Below, one piece after another: positions 7,978-16,081 of a stretch of 64,000 nt of DNA. The stretch comes from Caldisericia bacterium (GTDB lineage: Bacteria; Caldisericota; Caldisericia; JAAYUI01), in contig JAXGMQ010000001.1 in the NCBI GenBank assembly GCA_040768585.1, forward strand, positions 1,675,224 to 1,739,223, read 5' to 3'. Positions within the stretch are counted from its first letter, which is position 1; each line of letters opens with the position of its first letter. The position numbers were made by a program, and so were the translations under genes. The notes under the pieces are model-generated. The model saw nothing but the letters and a program-made list of their open reading frames with translations, ran no database searches and was not told the origin of the DNA.

Positions 7978-10926
7978 ATGAAGAGATATCAAGTTGGTAT
8001 TCTTTTGATAGTGTTTCTGTGGAGCACAACAATCTCGGCTTTTGAGCCTGTACATTTTGTCTCCTCTCCCACAAGACTCAATATTGACGTAGATGCATCG
8101 CTGTGCGTTGGTGGATTGAGGTTTGATGCATATGACACCGAAGATTTGCCACACCTTTCTGCTGTGCCAAACTACAGGGTTGGACTTGTTCCAATAGCTC
8201 CTGGCACAGAAATCTGGGGCACAAACATATCGAGACTCTTAACAAATCAGGGATTCACAGAATACATGGGACGTAATTACCCAAATCTCAGACTCTATGA
8301 GGTTGGTGAGCAGTATGATCTATTCAGGGAGGGCGCTCTCATCTCGGATTCTAGACTCTACAACATGCTTGTCAACTCTGGCTCAAGCGATACCTCAACT
8401 GAAGAAAACCTGAGAGATGCAATGTCGCTGTCCGGAGTCAGTTGGACTCTCCCCGCGTCTGAGGATAACTTTGAAGAGGTCGAGGTCTACCCTGGTGGAA
8501 AAAAGAATATTGACATAGGCAGCTATTTTATGGATGAGATGAACAGAGCCGATGGCAAAGCGCTCGAATCTGTTGCGCAGGGGTTCATCCCAAATACTGG
8601 ATTTGCCAAGGGTGAAACACATTTTATAACCTGCAATCCATACACTGCTGTACCCGTTGTATATGCAACGGACAGATACATGGACTTCCATTTTAAACCC
8701 ATTGGAACAGTGTTTGTGAAAAATGGATCAAATGTAGTGACCCAACCAGGCTCTGAACAAGCTTGCGCTGTCAAATTCAAACATGTCGACACCTCGATTC
8801 AAAACATCCAATCCAATCTCGGATTTGATGGAGTGACAAGTCTCAACATCAAAGCTGATGTGAGGTACACCGGTGAGTATAGATTCGACTACATGATTGA
8901 CCCTCCTGTGATTGGAGGTTTTGCAAACCTGCCGGCGCAATACACAAACTTTGGCATGGCGACAATGCACGACACTGAGGGAAATGTTCATCTTGTTCAG
9001 TCTCTTCCATCGCTTCGCAACTTCTTCAGGTGGCTTCCACACACAGACCATGGTTACACAAACCAGAAGTTGCTCATAAAACCTGCTGTCTTTCAGAAAG
9101 TGTTTCAAGACTCGGTTTTGTGGGAATTCTCGCATTTTGAGGTGACATATCCAGTCCCTACCCTGAATGAGGGAGTGCTTTTCGTCTCGGAGGAAACAGC
9201 AAAAGTTGAGGGTGTGAAATTTCAGGAAATCTCGATGGGTGAGGTAGCGTACTTCACCTTCACAAACCTTCCGTGGCTTGAAGGGGAGCCAAACACTTTC
9301 TATATCGAATCGGTTGACAGACCATACATGGTTGAGGCTGTTTATGAGCCAGGAGACCTTTCACCTCGTGGCAAGGAGGTTGTCGCCGAGTCAACAAGAC
9401 TCACACTCAACTGGGCGGTCACGAACGAGATGAAAAAACTTGCCGCTGTCAAAGAGCGCGAGTGGGGAGAAAACTGGTGGAACAAGGGATTTCCAACCTA
9501 CTACAATGTGAAGATAACAGGCGATGGCGGCTACAACAGGGATATCAAGAAAATCAACCCGACACAAGAGAGCGTTGTTGTCGATGAGCTTGAACCCGGC
9601 AAGACCTACAAATGGGAACTTGAAACCTGGGCGTCAGATGACAATGGCTCTGGCACACAGCTCTCGGTCTGGAAGTCAGAACCTGTATCGACCATCCCTT
9701 TGCCAAATTTGGTTGGACACTGCGCGTCAACCTCTGCAATTAAGTTGAAAACGAGAGTAGACGATGATGGTGATGAGGTATGGTCAATTCAATTGCCAAT
9801 GCTTTACACGCTGGGTTCGGCGCAGCTTGCTCCTTTTAAGTTTGAGGCGAGTCCGGGAAAGAGGATGACACCAATTGACTTGTATTCACTCAGTTTTGTA
9901 AATGTGCGCTCTGATAATATGACCAAAATGATAGTTGCCGACATTAAAATTAGGGAATTTTACAACAGCTTTGAAAAGGATGAATCGCAGAGAAATGTTA
10001 TTCATGTTCATTTCCTTCCTCAGAAAGTAATGGTGAAAGCTGTCGCTGTAGATGGTTTATTCAAGCCAATCGGAGCTGCGATTGGAGGGCAAATCGGTTC
10101 ATGGTGGCCAGCGGCTGACGGACAGCTCAAGGAATCCCCAATCAGACTTGTTCAAGCCCCCCTGATGTACAAGGGCAATAGACTCTATAGATTTAAGGAA
10201 TGGAAGTGGAACGGCAAAATTCAGGCTGCAAAGATGCCCTTTGTCGATCCGGTAAATGGAGTCAATATTCTGATGGTCAAGGTGATGGGGTGCCAAGATG
10301 ATCCTGACAACCCCGTGATTCCAACCATCTATGCTGTCTATGAGGAGATTGAGGTTGACTGTTTCAGCGTCGCTGTCGAATTTGCCGTCAATTGGAATAC
10401 AATCGGCTACGATTTCAAGGTACCCATCTCTCCGTCTGAGGGTGATTGTCCCAACGACACAACCAGGTTCATGGCAGGAACGAAAGTATCAGTTGGCCCA
10501 GTTCCGGCTGAGATTAAACACAACGACCTGAAATACCGTTTTGTTGGTTGGATTGTGGGTGACCAGGTATATCCAAATACGCCGAAGCTGGCTCTCACCA
10601 TGGATTCTGACAAGATGATTCTGGCGAACTATCAGCCGTCGCAAGACAGATTCCAGCTGATTTTCTATGCTGTTACTGGAAGCAAGCATGCAAGGCTTGA
10701 CACCAAAATCTTCCCCGATCCTGACAGGGATGGATTATATCAAGCTGGCACGATGGTGGAGATTGGGCCTGTGCCAAAGAGTCTTGATGAGGGTTTGTAC
10801 GTCTTTGTTGGTTGGTCGGTTGATGGTGACATGAAACCCCCTACGGAGGACAACCAAAAGATCCAGATTACGATGGATACAAGTCACAAGGTGACGGCGG
10901 TGTATCAGAAGACGAGGAGGGACTAG
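7978..10926 (+). CDS. Large secreted adhesin-like protein with an FN3-like module and three Listeria-Bacteroides (Flg_new) type repeats (Y.F.GW...).
   Basis: Signal peptide MKRYQVGILLIVFLWSTTISA. FN3-like segment NVKITGDGGYN...TYKWELETWASDDNG. Repeats YRFKEWKWNG, YRFVGWIVGDQVYPNTP and YVFVGWSVDGDMKPP. Confidence 0.7.
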   Translation: MKRYQVGILLIVFLWSTTISAFEPVHFVSSPTRLNIDVDASLCVGGLRFDAYDTEDLPHLSAVPNYRVGLVPIAPGTEIWGTNISRLLTNQGFTEYMGRNYPNLRLYEVGEQYDLFREGALISDSRLYNMLVNSGSSDTSTEENLRDAMSLSGVSWTLPASEDNFEEVEVYPGGKKNIDIGSYFMDEMNRADGKALESVAQGFIPNTGFAKGETHFITCNPYTAVPVVYATDRYMDFHFKPIGTVFVKNGSNVVTQPGSEQACAVKFKHVDTSIQNIQSNLGFDGVTSLNIKADVRYTGEYRFDYMIDPPVIGGFANLPAQYTNFGMATMHDTEGNVHLVQSLPSLRNFFRWLPHTDHGYTNQKLLIKPAVFQKVFQDSVLWEFSHFEVTYPVPTLNEGVLFVSEETAKVEGVKFQEISMGEVAYFTFTNLPWLEGEPNTFYIESVDRPYMVEAVYEPGDLSPRGKEVVAESTRLTLNWAVTNEMKKLAAVKEREWGENWWNKGFPTYYNVKITGDGGYNRDIKKINPTQESVVVDELEPGKTYKWELETWASDDNGSGTQLSVWKSEPVSTIPLPNLVGHCASTSAIKLKTRVDDDGDEVWSIQLPMLYTLGSAQLAPFKFEASPGKRMTPIDLYSLSFVNVRSDNMTKMIVADIKIREFYNSFEKDESQRNVIHVHFLPQKVMVKAVAVDGLFKPIGAAIGGQIGSWWPAADGQLKESPIRLVQAPLMYKGNRLYRFKEWKWNGKIQAAKMPFVDPVNGVNILMVKVMGCQDDPDNPVIPTIYAVYEEIEVDCFSVAVEFAVNWNTIGYDFKVPISPSEGDCPNDTTRFMAGTKVSVGPVPAEIKHNDLKYRFVGWIVGDQVYPNTPKLALTMDSDKMILANYQPSQDRFQLIFYAVTGSKHARLDTKIFPDPDRDGLYQAGTMVEIGPVPKSLDEGLYVFVGWSVDGDMKPPTEDNQKIQITMDTSHKVTAVYQKTRRD

Positions 10927-10928
10927 AA

Positions 10929-11882
10929 TTGGGAGAGAAGAAGTGGGATGTTTTTATTTCAGCATCAAAAAGAAATAAAAGTATTGTATCTGAACTCAAA
11001 GACATCCTTGAAAGAGATGCTATAAGTTATTTTTGGTTTGAAGACACTATTGAATACGCAGGTCAAGATAACTTATCAAAGTGTCTCAATGCAATAAATG
11101 CCTCTCGTAATTTTGTAGCAATAATTACGGAAGACTATTACAACAGTAATTTGTGCATTGAAGAAATAAAGTATGCGAGAAACTCTCAAGCAAGCAAAGG
11201 TGACATAAATGTTTATCCGTTTAGGTTTGAGTCATCGGTTGATTTTAATAGGTTACCTGTGTCTGTTCGAGATATTGATATACCACTTGTATGTGGGGTA
11301 AACGAAGTGCGGAAATTTCTTTTACAGAAGATACGTACAGATAAAATAGCTTCACAGACGTTTGGTGATAATATGTCCGACATTTTGCACACAAAAAATG
11401 GAGTAAAAATCCAAGATAAAATATACATAAAAGAATCTATCTCCCTGACGTCATTTATTGGTGATTTTATAAAAGAGTATCCCCACGTTAAGAGGATACT
11501 TCAAAAGTATGGGAGATTAATTGAAACCGTGATTGATACTCCATCAAAAAATATTAGAGTATCTTCAACTCAGTTTATAAATAGAAATATCGTATTAACA
11601 CTCTCGTTCCAAGTCTATTGCATGGATTTTCAAAATGACTTTGTTCATGAGATTGAGAAAAAGGCAATAATGTTTAAGGATGAATTACACATTGTTTTCA
11701 CAAAAGATCCTGTTGAAAAATTCTCCTCAAGCAGATCAAAGATGGAAGAAGATGGGGTACTTAGTAGACCAATTGGTGCTGGGTACAATGGAATGCTCAT
11801 TTTTATCTACGCTCCCAAAGAATGTGATGAAGTTCTTCTTGAAGATAGAATCAAATATGTGATTAATAAGTATATCTCATGA
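10929..11882 (+). CDS. TIR-domain protein (N-terminal TIR, ~140 aa) with an uncharacterised C-terminal domain (~180 aa).
   Basis: Motifs DVFISAS, then FVAIITEDYYNSNLCIEEIKYA, matching TIR betaA and the ...VVVLS.NY..S.WC..EL block including the conserved Glu. TTG start with GGAGGGA RBS 2 nt after the upstream gene's stop. Visibly AT-richer than its neighbours. Confidence 0.75.
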   Translation: MGEKKWDVFISASKRNKSIVSELKDILERDAISYFWFEDTIEYAGQDNLSKCLNAINASRNFVAIITEDYYNSNLCIEEIKYARNSQASKGDINVYPFRFESSVDFNRLPVSVRDIDIPLVCGVNEVRKFLLQKIRTDKIASQTFGDNMSDILHTKNGVKIQDKIYIKESISLTSFIGDFIKEYPHVKRILQKYGRLIETVIDTPSKNIRVSSTQFINRNIVLTLSFQVYCMDFQNDFVHEIEKKAIMFKDELHIVFTKDPVEKFSSSRSKMEEDGVLSRPIGAGYNGMLIFIYAPKECDEVLLEDRIKYVINKYIS

Positions 11883-13865
11883 ATTCTTTCGTAGAATTCT
11901 CGTTATTCCCTTCTTTGATTTTTGGGTATACATCGTTCCTGTGCCAAGTGCGGAATAACCCCAACCCCTTGAGAATTCGCTGTAGTTTTGACCTTCGGGG
12001 GTTTTATCGCCGTCTGATTCATAGTCTCTGAGGTAGACGTTAAGCATCTCTTCTGTGATTGTGGGGCTATCAAAGAATATCCAGTTTGGCTCAACAAGGT
12101 TGTTGGTGATGAAATGTTTTTCCTCTGGATTGATGGTGGGTTCGATGAAGTCGAGATACTTTTCAAAGTAGTCGACAATCTCGTCCATTATTGATTGAAT
12201 CTCTATGAACGTGTAGTTGCGGATTTTCCACGGAATGATGGGTATTGGGTTGTATTCAATAAATTGCATCAAATAAACATAGCTTCTGAAGAAATCGAGA
12301 CCTTTGTTCCTGGAGTTCCCGATGTGATACCTGATCATAAACCTGGTTTGCTCCTCAAGCGATAGCCATATCTGCCGATTTCGAGTTTTTGAAGGTGGAA
12401 TCCTTGATAGGCGATATCTAGAGAAGCAGGCAGCGAGGAAATAGAGGGCGATTGAGCATTTTCTGTGGTACTCGTTGCCAGAGAGCGAAAGCGTATGGAT
12501 AGTGTCGATGAGTAACTTAAGAAGATCGTTGGCTTTGTTTGCGAGGGCGGTGTCTTCTAAGACCTCCTCCGACATTCGCAGGAGTGTTTTGTCTAGTCTG
12601 CCAATGCAGATTCGGATGAGAGACACAAAGGAAATCATTCTGTTTTCGATGTCAACATCCTCAAGATATCCATCTCCGGTGTGGTAGTAGAGGTTCTTAG
12701 ATATCCTATCTGTCATCCAGTGAATGATACTGATTTCGCTCATCACCTCACATCCAAAGAGTGTTCTGTTGATGTTGGCAGAGTTCTTGAGGAATATTGA
12801 GTAGATTGACCGAATTGACGTTGATATCAGCTCAAAATCAGCTGTCTCAAGAACTTTCATGAGCAACGCTTCACTGATTCTGTATCCGTGCATCACGAGC
12901 CAGAAAGAAAATTCGTCGCTTTTGTGCTTATCTTTTGGTGTTTTTGAGAGGAATATATTGCACTGCATTATGAGGTCGTGAAGTATTTCGAGTTTGATTC
13001 CGCCAAGCTCAGATGCTCGTTTGTTTCTGTTTGGGTGGTATGCTCCAAGGTCACAAATCACATCGATTAAACCAAGCATCCCCGTCACGTCCACAATCTC
13101 GAGTTCTCTCTTGTAAGCCGTCATGTCAAGATTGAAAAAGGAGGCGTCCCCGCTGGCTCTTTTTGCTTCGCGTCTGACTTTGCCAAACAGAAGTAGCTTA
13201 TCCTTCTCCTTCTCTGGCAATACGTCTTTGAGCGAAATTCCGTCCCACGAGGAGCAAAGGGTGTCGCGCAGCCAAGGGTAGTGATTGGGGTGGTTCCTCA
13301 GTTGTACTTGTAGATTCTCAAATACTTCCCTTTGAAAATCGCGTTTGAGTATGATGAAGCTGACGTGGTTGAACACCGATGCAATAAGAAAGACTGAACT
13401 GGCAAGCATAACAATGGAGGCAATTATCAGATACTTCGGAGTAAGGAGTGGGGAGAAGAGTATCAATCCAATACCAATAATGCCTGTCGCCATAAATGAT
13501 ACCGCTTTGTCAATGCAGGCGAGTTTTGTTGTTATGAATGACTTTGATATCGTCATCCCGCCAAATAGCTTGAAGATGAAAAAAATATCGATTGCGGTTA
13601 GGAATACCATCATCCACGCCAGGTACACAGATGCAGATTCTGCGTAGTGGTACATCAGAGAGTTGATATCAGTCAATGAATCTGGCAATAGTAATACCAC
13701 ACATCCAACAGCAAAGAGTGATAGTGCAACGGCCTGGAACCTGGAAAAAATGAGATTCACTGTGTCGATTTGTTCATCCCATGGTCTCTTGTAGGCCATC
13801 CAACCCGCCACAGCGAGAGATGAAACCGCCAGAACCAATATAACCCACATCCCTACGATACCCAT
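11877..13865 (-). CDS. Multi-pass membrane protein (about 5 N-terminal TM helices) with a large (~490 aa) cytoplasmic domain of unknown function. Convergent with the TIR gene, with overlapping stop codons.
   Basis: Hydrophobic N-terminal third (MGIVGMWVILVLAVSSLAVAGW...). Stop codons of the two genes overlap in the palindrome TCATGA at 11877-11882. Confidence 0.7.
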   Translation of the reverse strand: MGIVGMWVILVLAVSSLAVAGWMAYKRPWDEQIDTVNLIFSRFQAVALSLFAVGCVVLLLPDSLTDINSLMYHYAESASVYLAWMMVFLTAIDIFFIFKLFGGMTISKSFITTKLACIDKAVSFMATGIIGIGLILFSPLLTPKYLIIASIVMLASSVFLIASVFNHVSFIILKRDFQREVFENLQVQLRNHPNHYPWLRDTLCSSWDGISLKDVLPEKEKDKLLLFGKVRREAKRASGDASFFNLDMTAYKRELEIVDVTGMLGLIDVICDLGAYHPNRNKRASELGGIKLEILHDLIMQCNIFLSKTPKDKHKSDEFSFWLVMHGYRISEALLMKVLETADFELISTSIRSIYSIFLKNSANINRTLFGCEVMSEISIIHWMTDRISKNLYYHTGDGYLEDVDIENRMISFVSLIRICIGRLDKTLLRMSEEVLEDTALANKANDLLKLLIDTIHTLSLSGNEYHRKCSIALYFLAACFSRYRLSRIPPSKTRNRQIWLSLEEQTRFMIRYHIGNSRNKGLDFFRSYVYLMQFIEYNPIPIIPWKIRNYTFIEIQSIMDEIVDYFEKYLDFIEPTINPEEKHFITNNLVEPNWIFFDSPTITEEMLNVYLRDYESDGDKTPEGQNYSEFSRGWGYSALGTGTMYTQKSKKGITRILRKNS

Positions 13866-13982
13866 GTCTGTTATGGTAACAATTTTTTAGATTGTTGTAA
13901 ACACCTTGTGAAATGGTAATACTGCTAAGGTTGTATTTCTTTCCCAGCTGCTATAAGATTTCGCAACAGAGGATGATTATCG

Positions 13983-14627
13983 ATGCCAGATAAATTCAAA
14001 TGGATTTTAGTATTGGTGGCTGTGCTGCTTGCGGTCGCGGCCTATGTTGTGACATCCTACTTTCTGTCTGTTTGGCCGTTTTCGAAAACTGTGACAACGG
14101 TGGGTGACAAGGTGTCAAGCATCCTTTCCTCTTTAGGTTCAGATGATGGCACTATCGAAGGAATCGACGAAAGAACCTATGAAATTGCCTCTGGCGAATT
14201 GACTATTTATGGTGATTTTGCAATTACCTTCCCAAAAGACTGGATTGTGTTTGATGTCGATCATTCTGGCGTCCTATTTGCTCTTGATCTGGAGAATCCA
14301 GACACCTCAATCTCTGTTGCCACTTTGCCTAACGAACAATTGGGCTTTGGATATGGTACGGCTGCTGAGATACAAACCTCTCTGCAAAAACTTTTTGGTG
14401 ATTTCTATAGCGACTCATCTATTGAGGAGACTGAATATCTTGGAAAGAAATGTTTTCTGCTTTCCAAGTCAGCAGACGATGAAACCTCTCCAGGTATTTC
14501 GAGTTTGACTCTTTTTGTTCCTGGCGATTCAACTTCATATCTAGCCAGTGGAAGATTCCCCGTCGCATCGGAGGATATGGAGACTGTAGAGTCCGTTCTT
14601 TCGAGTTTTCTCCCTGTGGGTGAGTGA
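13983..14627 (+). CDS. Membrane-anchored (N-terminal TM) acidic protein of unknown function.
   Basis: N-terminal helix WILVLVAVLLAVAAYVVTSYFL. RBS gaggatgattatcgATG. Confidence 0.55.
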   Translation: MPDKFKWILVLVAVLLAVAAYVVTSYFLSVWPFSKTVTTVGDKVSSILSSLGSDDGTIEGIDERTYEIASGELTIYGDFAITFPKDWIVFDVDHSGVLFALDLENPDTSISVATLPNEQLGFGYGTAAEIQTSLQKLFGDFYSDSSIEETEYLGKKCFLLSKSADDETSPGISSLTLFVPGDSTSYLASGRFPVASEDMETVESVLSSFLPVGE

Positions 14628-14630
14628 CTC

Positions 14631-15566
14631 TTGCTCCAGCTGATTAGGATTGTTCAGCTTCTTAATCTGCTTGACGATAAAACCTTCACGTGCGCTGACA
14701 GGCTTTCGTGCCAGCTTGAGATATCGAGAAGGACTGTGATACGGGATATCCACTCACTGAAAGACGCGGGTGTAGCAATTGAATCATCCGGAAAAGGCTA
14801 CAGGTTAGTATCGAGTGATATTCAATCAAAACTCTCCCTTTCTGGTGAGGATAAGTTCACGCTGCTCGCGGGTCTCCAGTTGCTCATTGACACTAAGGAT
14901 CCATCTCTACAGGTGGTAGCCTCCAGACTCGCCACAAGGCTCATCGACAATCACACCAATATTGCGATGATTCCCTCTATAAAACGCGCTCAGGTTGAGA
15001 CAGGCAAGGTGGTCTCAAAGCTCAGACGGCTGAGGATGGCTGTCTGGATGAGAAAAGCTATCACCTTCTATTATCAAAAACCCAGTCAGGGAAGTGATCC
15101 TGAGAAGCGAGAACTTGAACCGCTGGCAGTGTTTTTCAGGCGACACGCCTATTATGTCGTGGGTAGAAAGTGCGATACGAGTGATTTGAGAACCTACAGG
15201 GTCTCTCGAATTTCTAGATTGAAGGTTACTCGTATTACTTTTAAGAAGGATGATTTCAATCTTGGTGAGTACCTTCAAAACGCATTTGAATTCAATACAG
15301 ATGGGCCTATAATGGACGTCGAGATTCTGTTTTTGCCAGAGGTTGCTCAGTTTGTCAAAGAGCTCGTGTGGCATCCCAGGCAGAAAATAGAGGTCAATAG
15401 TGATGGTTCTGTGATGTTTTCTCTTAGGGTTGCTGTCAACTCCGAGATTGTGCGTTGGATTCTTGGCTATGGCAGCAGCTGCATTGTGAAGAAGCCACAG
15501 TTGCTGATTGACCTTGTGAAAGAGCAAGTAGATTTGATGAAGGAGAACTATTTGGGAGGATGCTAG
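14631..15566 (+). CDS. WYL-domain transcriptional regulator (HTH + WYL + WCX; BrxR/CapW/PafBC-like).
   Basis: N-terminal HTH (LQLIRIVQLL...LS.QLEISRRTVIRDIHSLKDAGV). WYL motif AYYVVGRKCDTSDLRTYRVSRISRL. C-terminal WCX-like VMFSLRVAVNSEIVRWILGYGSSCIVKKP. TTG start 4 nt after the upstream stop. Confidence 0.75.
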   Translation: MLQLIRIVQLLNLLDDKTFTCADRLSCQLEISRRTVIRDIHSLKDAGVAIESSGKGYRLVSSDIQSKLSLSGEDKFTLLAGLQLLIDTKDPSLQVVASRLATRLIDNHTNIAMIPSIKRAQVETGKVVSKLRRLRMAVWMRKAITFYYQKPSQGSDPEKRELEPLAVFFRRHAYYVVGRKCDTSDLRTYRVSRISRLKVTRITFKKDDFNLGEYLQNAFEFNTDGPIMDVEILFLPEVAQFVKELVWHPRQKIEVNSDGSVMFSLRVAVNSEIVRWILGYGSSCIVKKPQLLIDLVKEQVDLMKENYLGGC

Positions 15567-15599
15567 GCTCTTCTGCATGAGCGTGTAGCTGTTTGTCAT

Positions 15600-15960
15600 A
15601 AATAAAAATCTCAATATGTAAATGTTTTGTTTGATGATTCTTATCACGAGAAAATACAACAACTTATAATAACTCGATAGATAACATAATATATTGATAT
15701 GTTGTTGTAAATAATAATATCAGATAATCTATATATATTACAGCATATAAATGACTATATTTAATGATATACAATGATATATAGATATAAATATAGATAA
15801 CTATCTATATTAGATTACTATGATATATAAATATATAAGAATCTATAATACTCAATATAATAGATATAAAATATAGAATACATATAAATATCATTATTTA
15901 CATACATCAATGTACTAATAGATATGCAATAATATTATAAACTTGACAGAGAATAGATTT
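15600..15960. repeat. Extreme (A+T)-rich low-complexity block with iterated ATATA / TAGATA / TATAAATA units and small palindromes (TAGATAACTATCTA).
   Basis: Direct reading. Hardly any G/C for ~350 bp, between the WYL regulator gene and the 16082 secreted hydrolase gene. Confidence 0.8.
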
Positions 15961-16081
15961 TATGCTATTTACACACCGGAAGTATAGTTAGCATTCCTAT
16001 ACGATATATGAAAGCGCTTTCAGTTGATATTTGAACCACTCAACCTAGAAAATCGTATAGAATGCCAAGGGGGTTGGTGAT

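Noticed and set aside
15600-15960. Possible CRISPR array or tandem minisatellite in the AT-rich block
   Set aside because: There is no regular repeat-spacer periodicity and no repeat unit of 20 nt or more. It is a degenerate low-complexity AT tract only.
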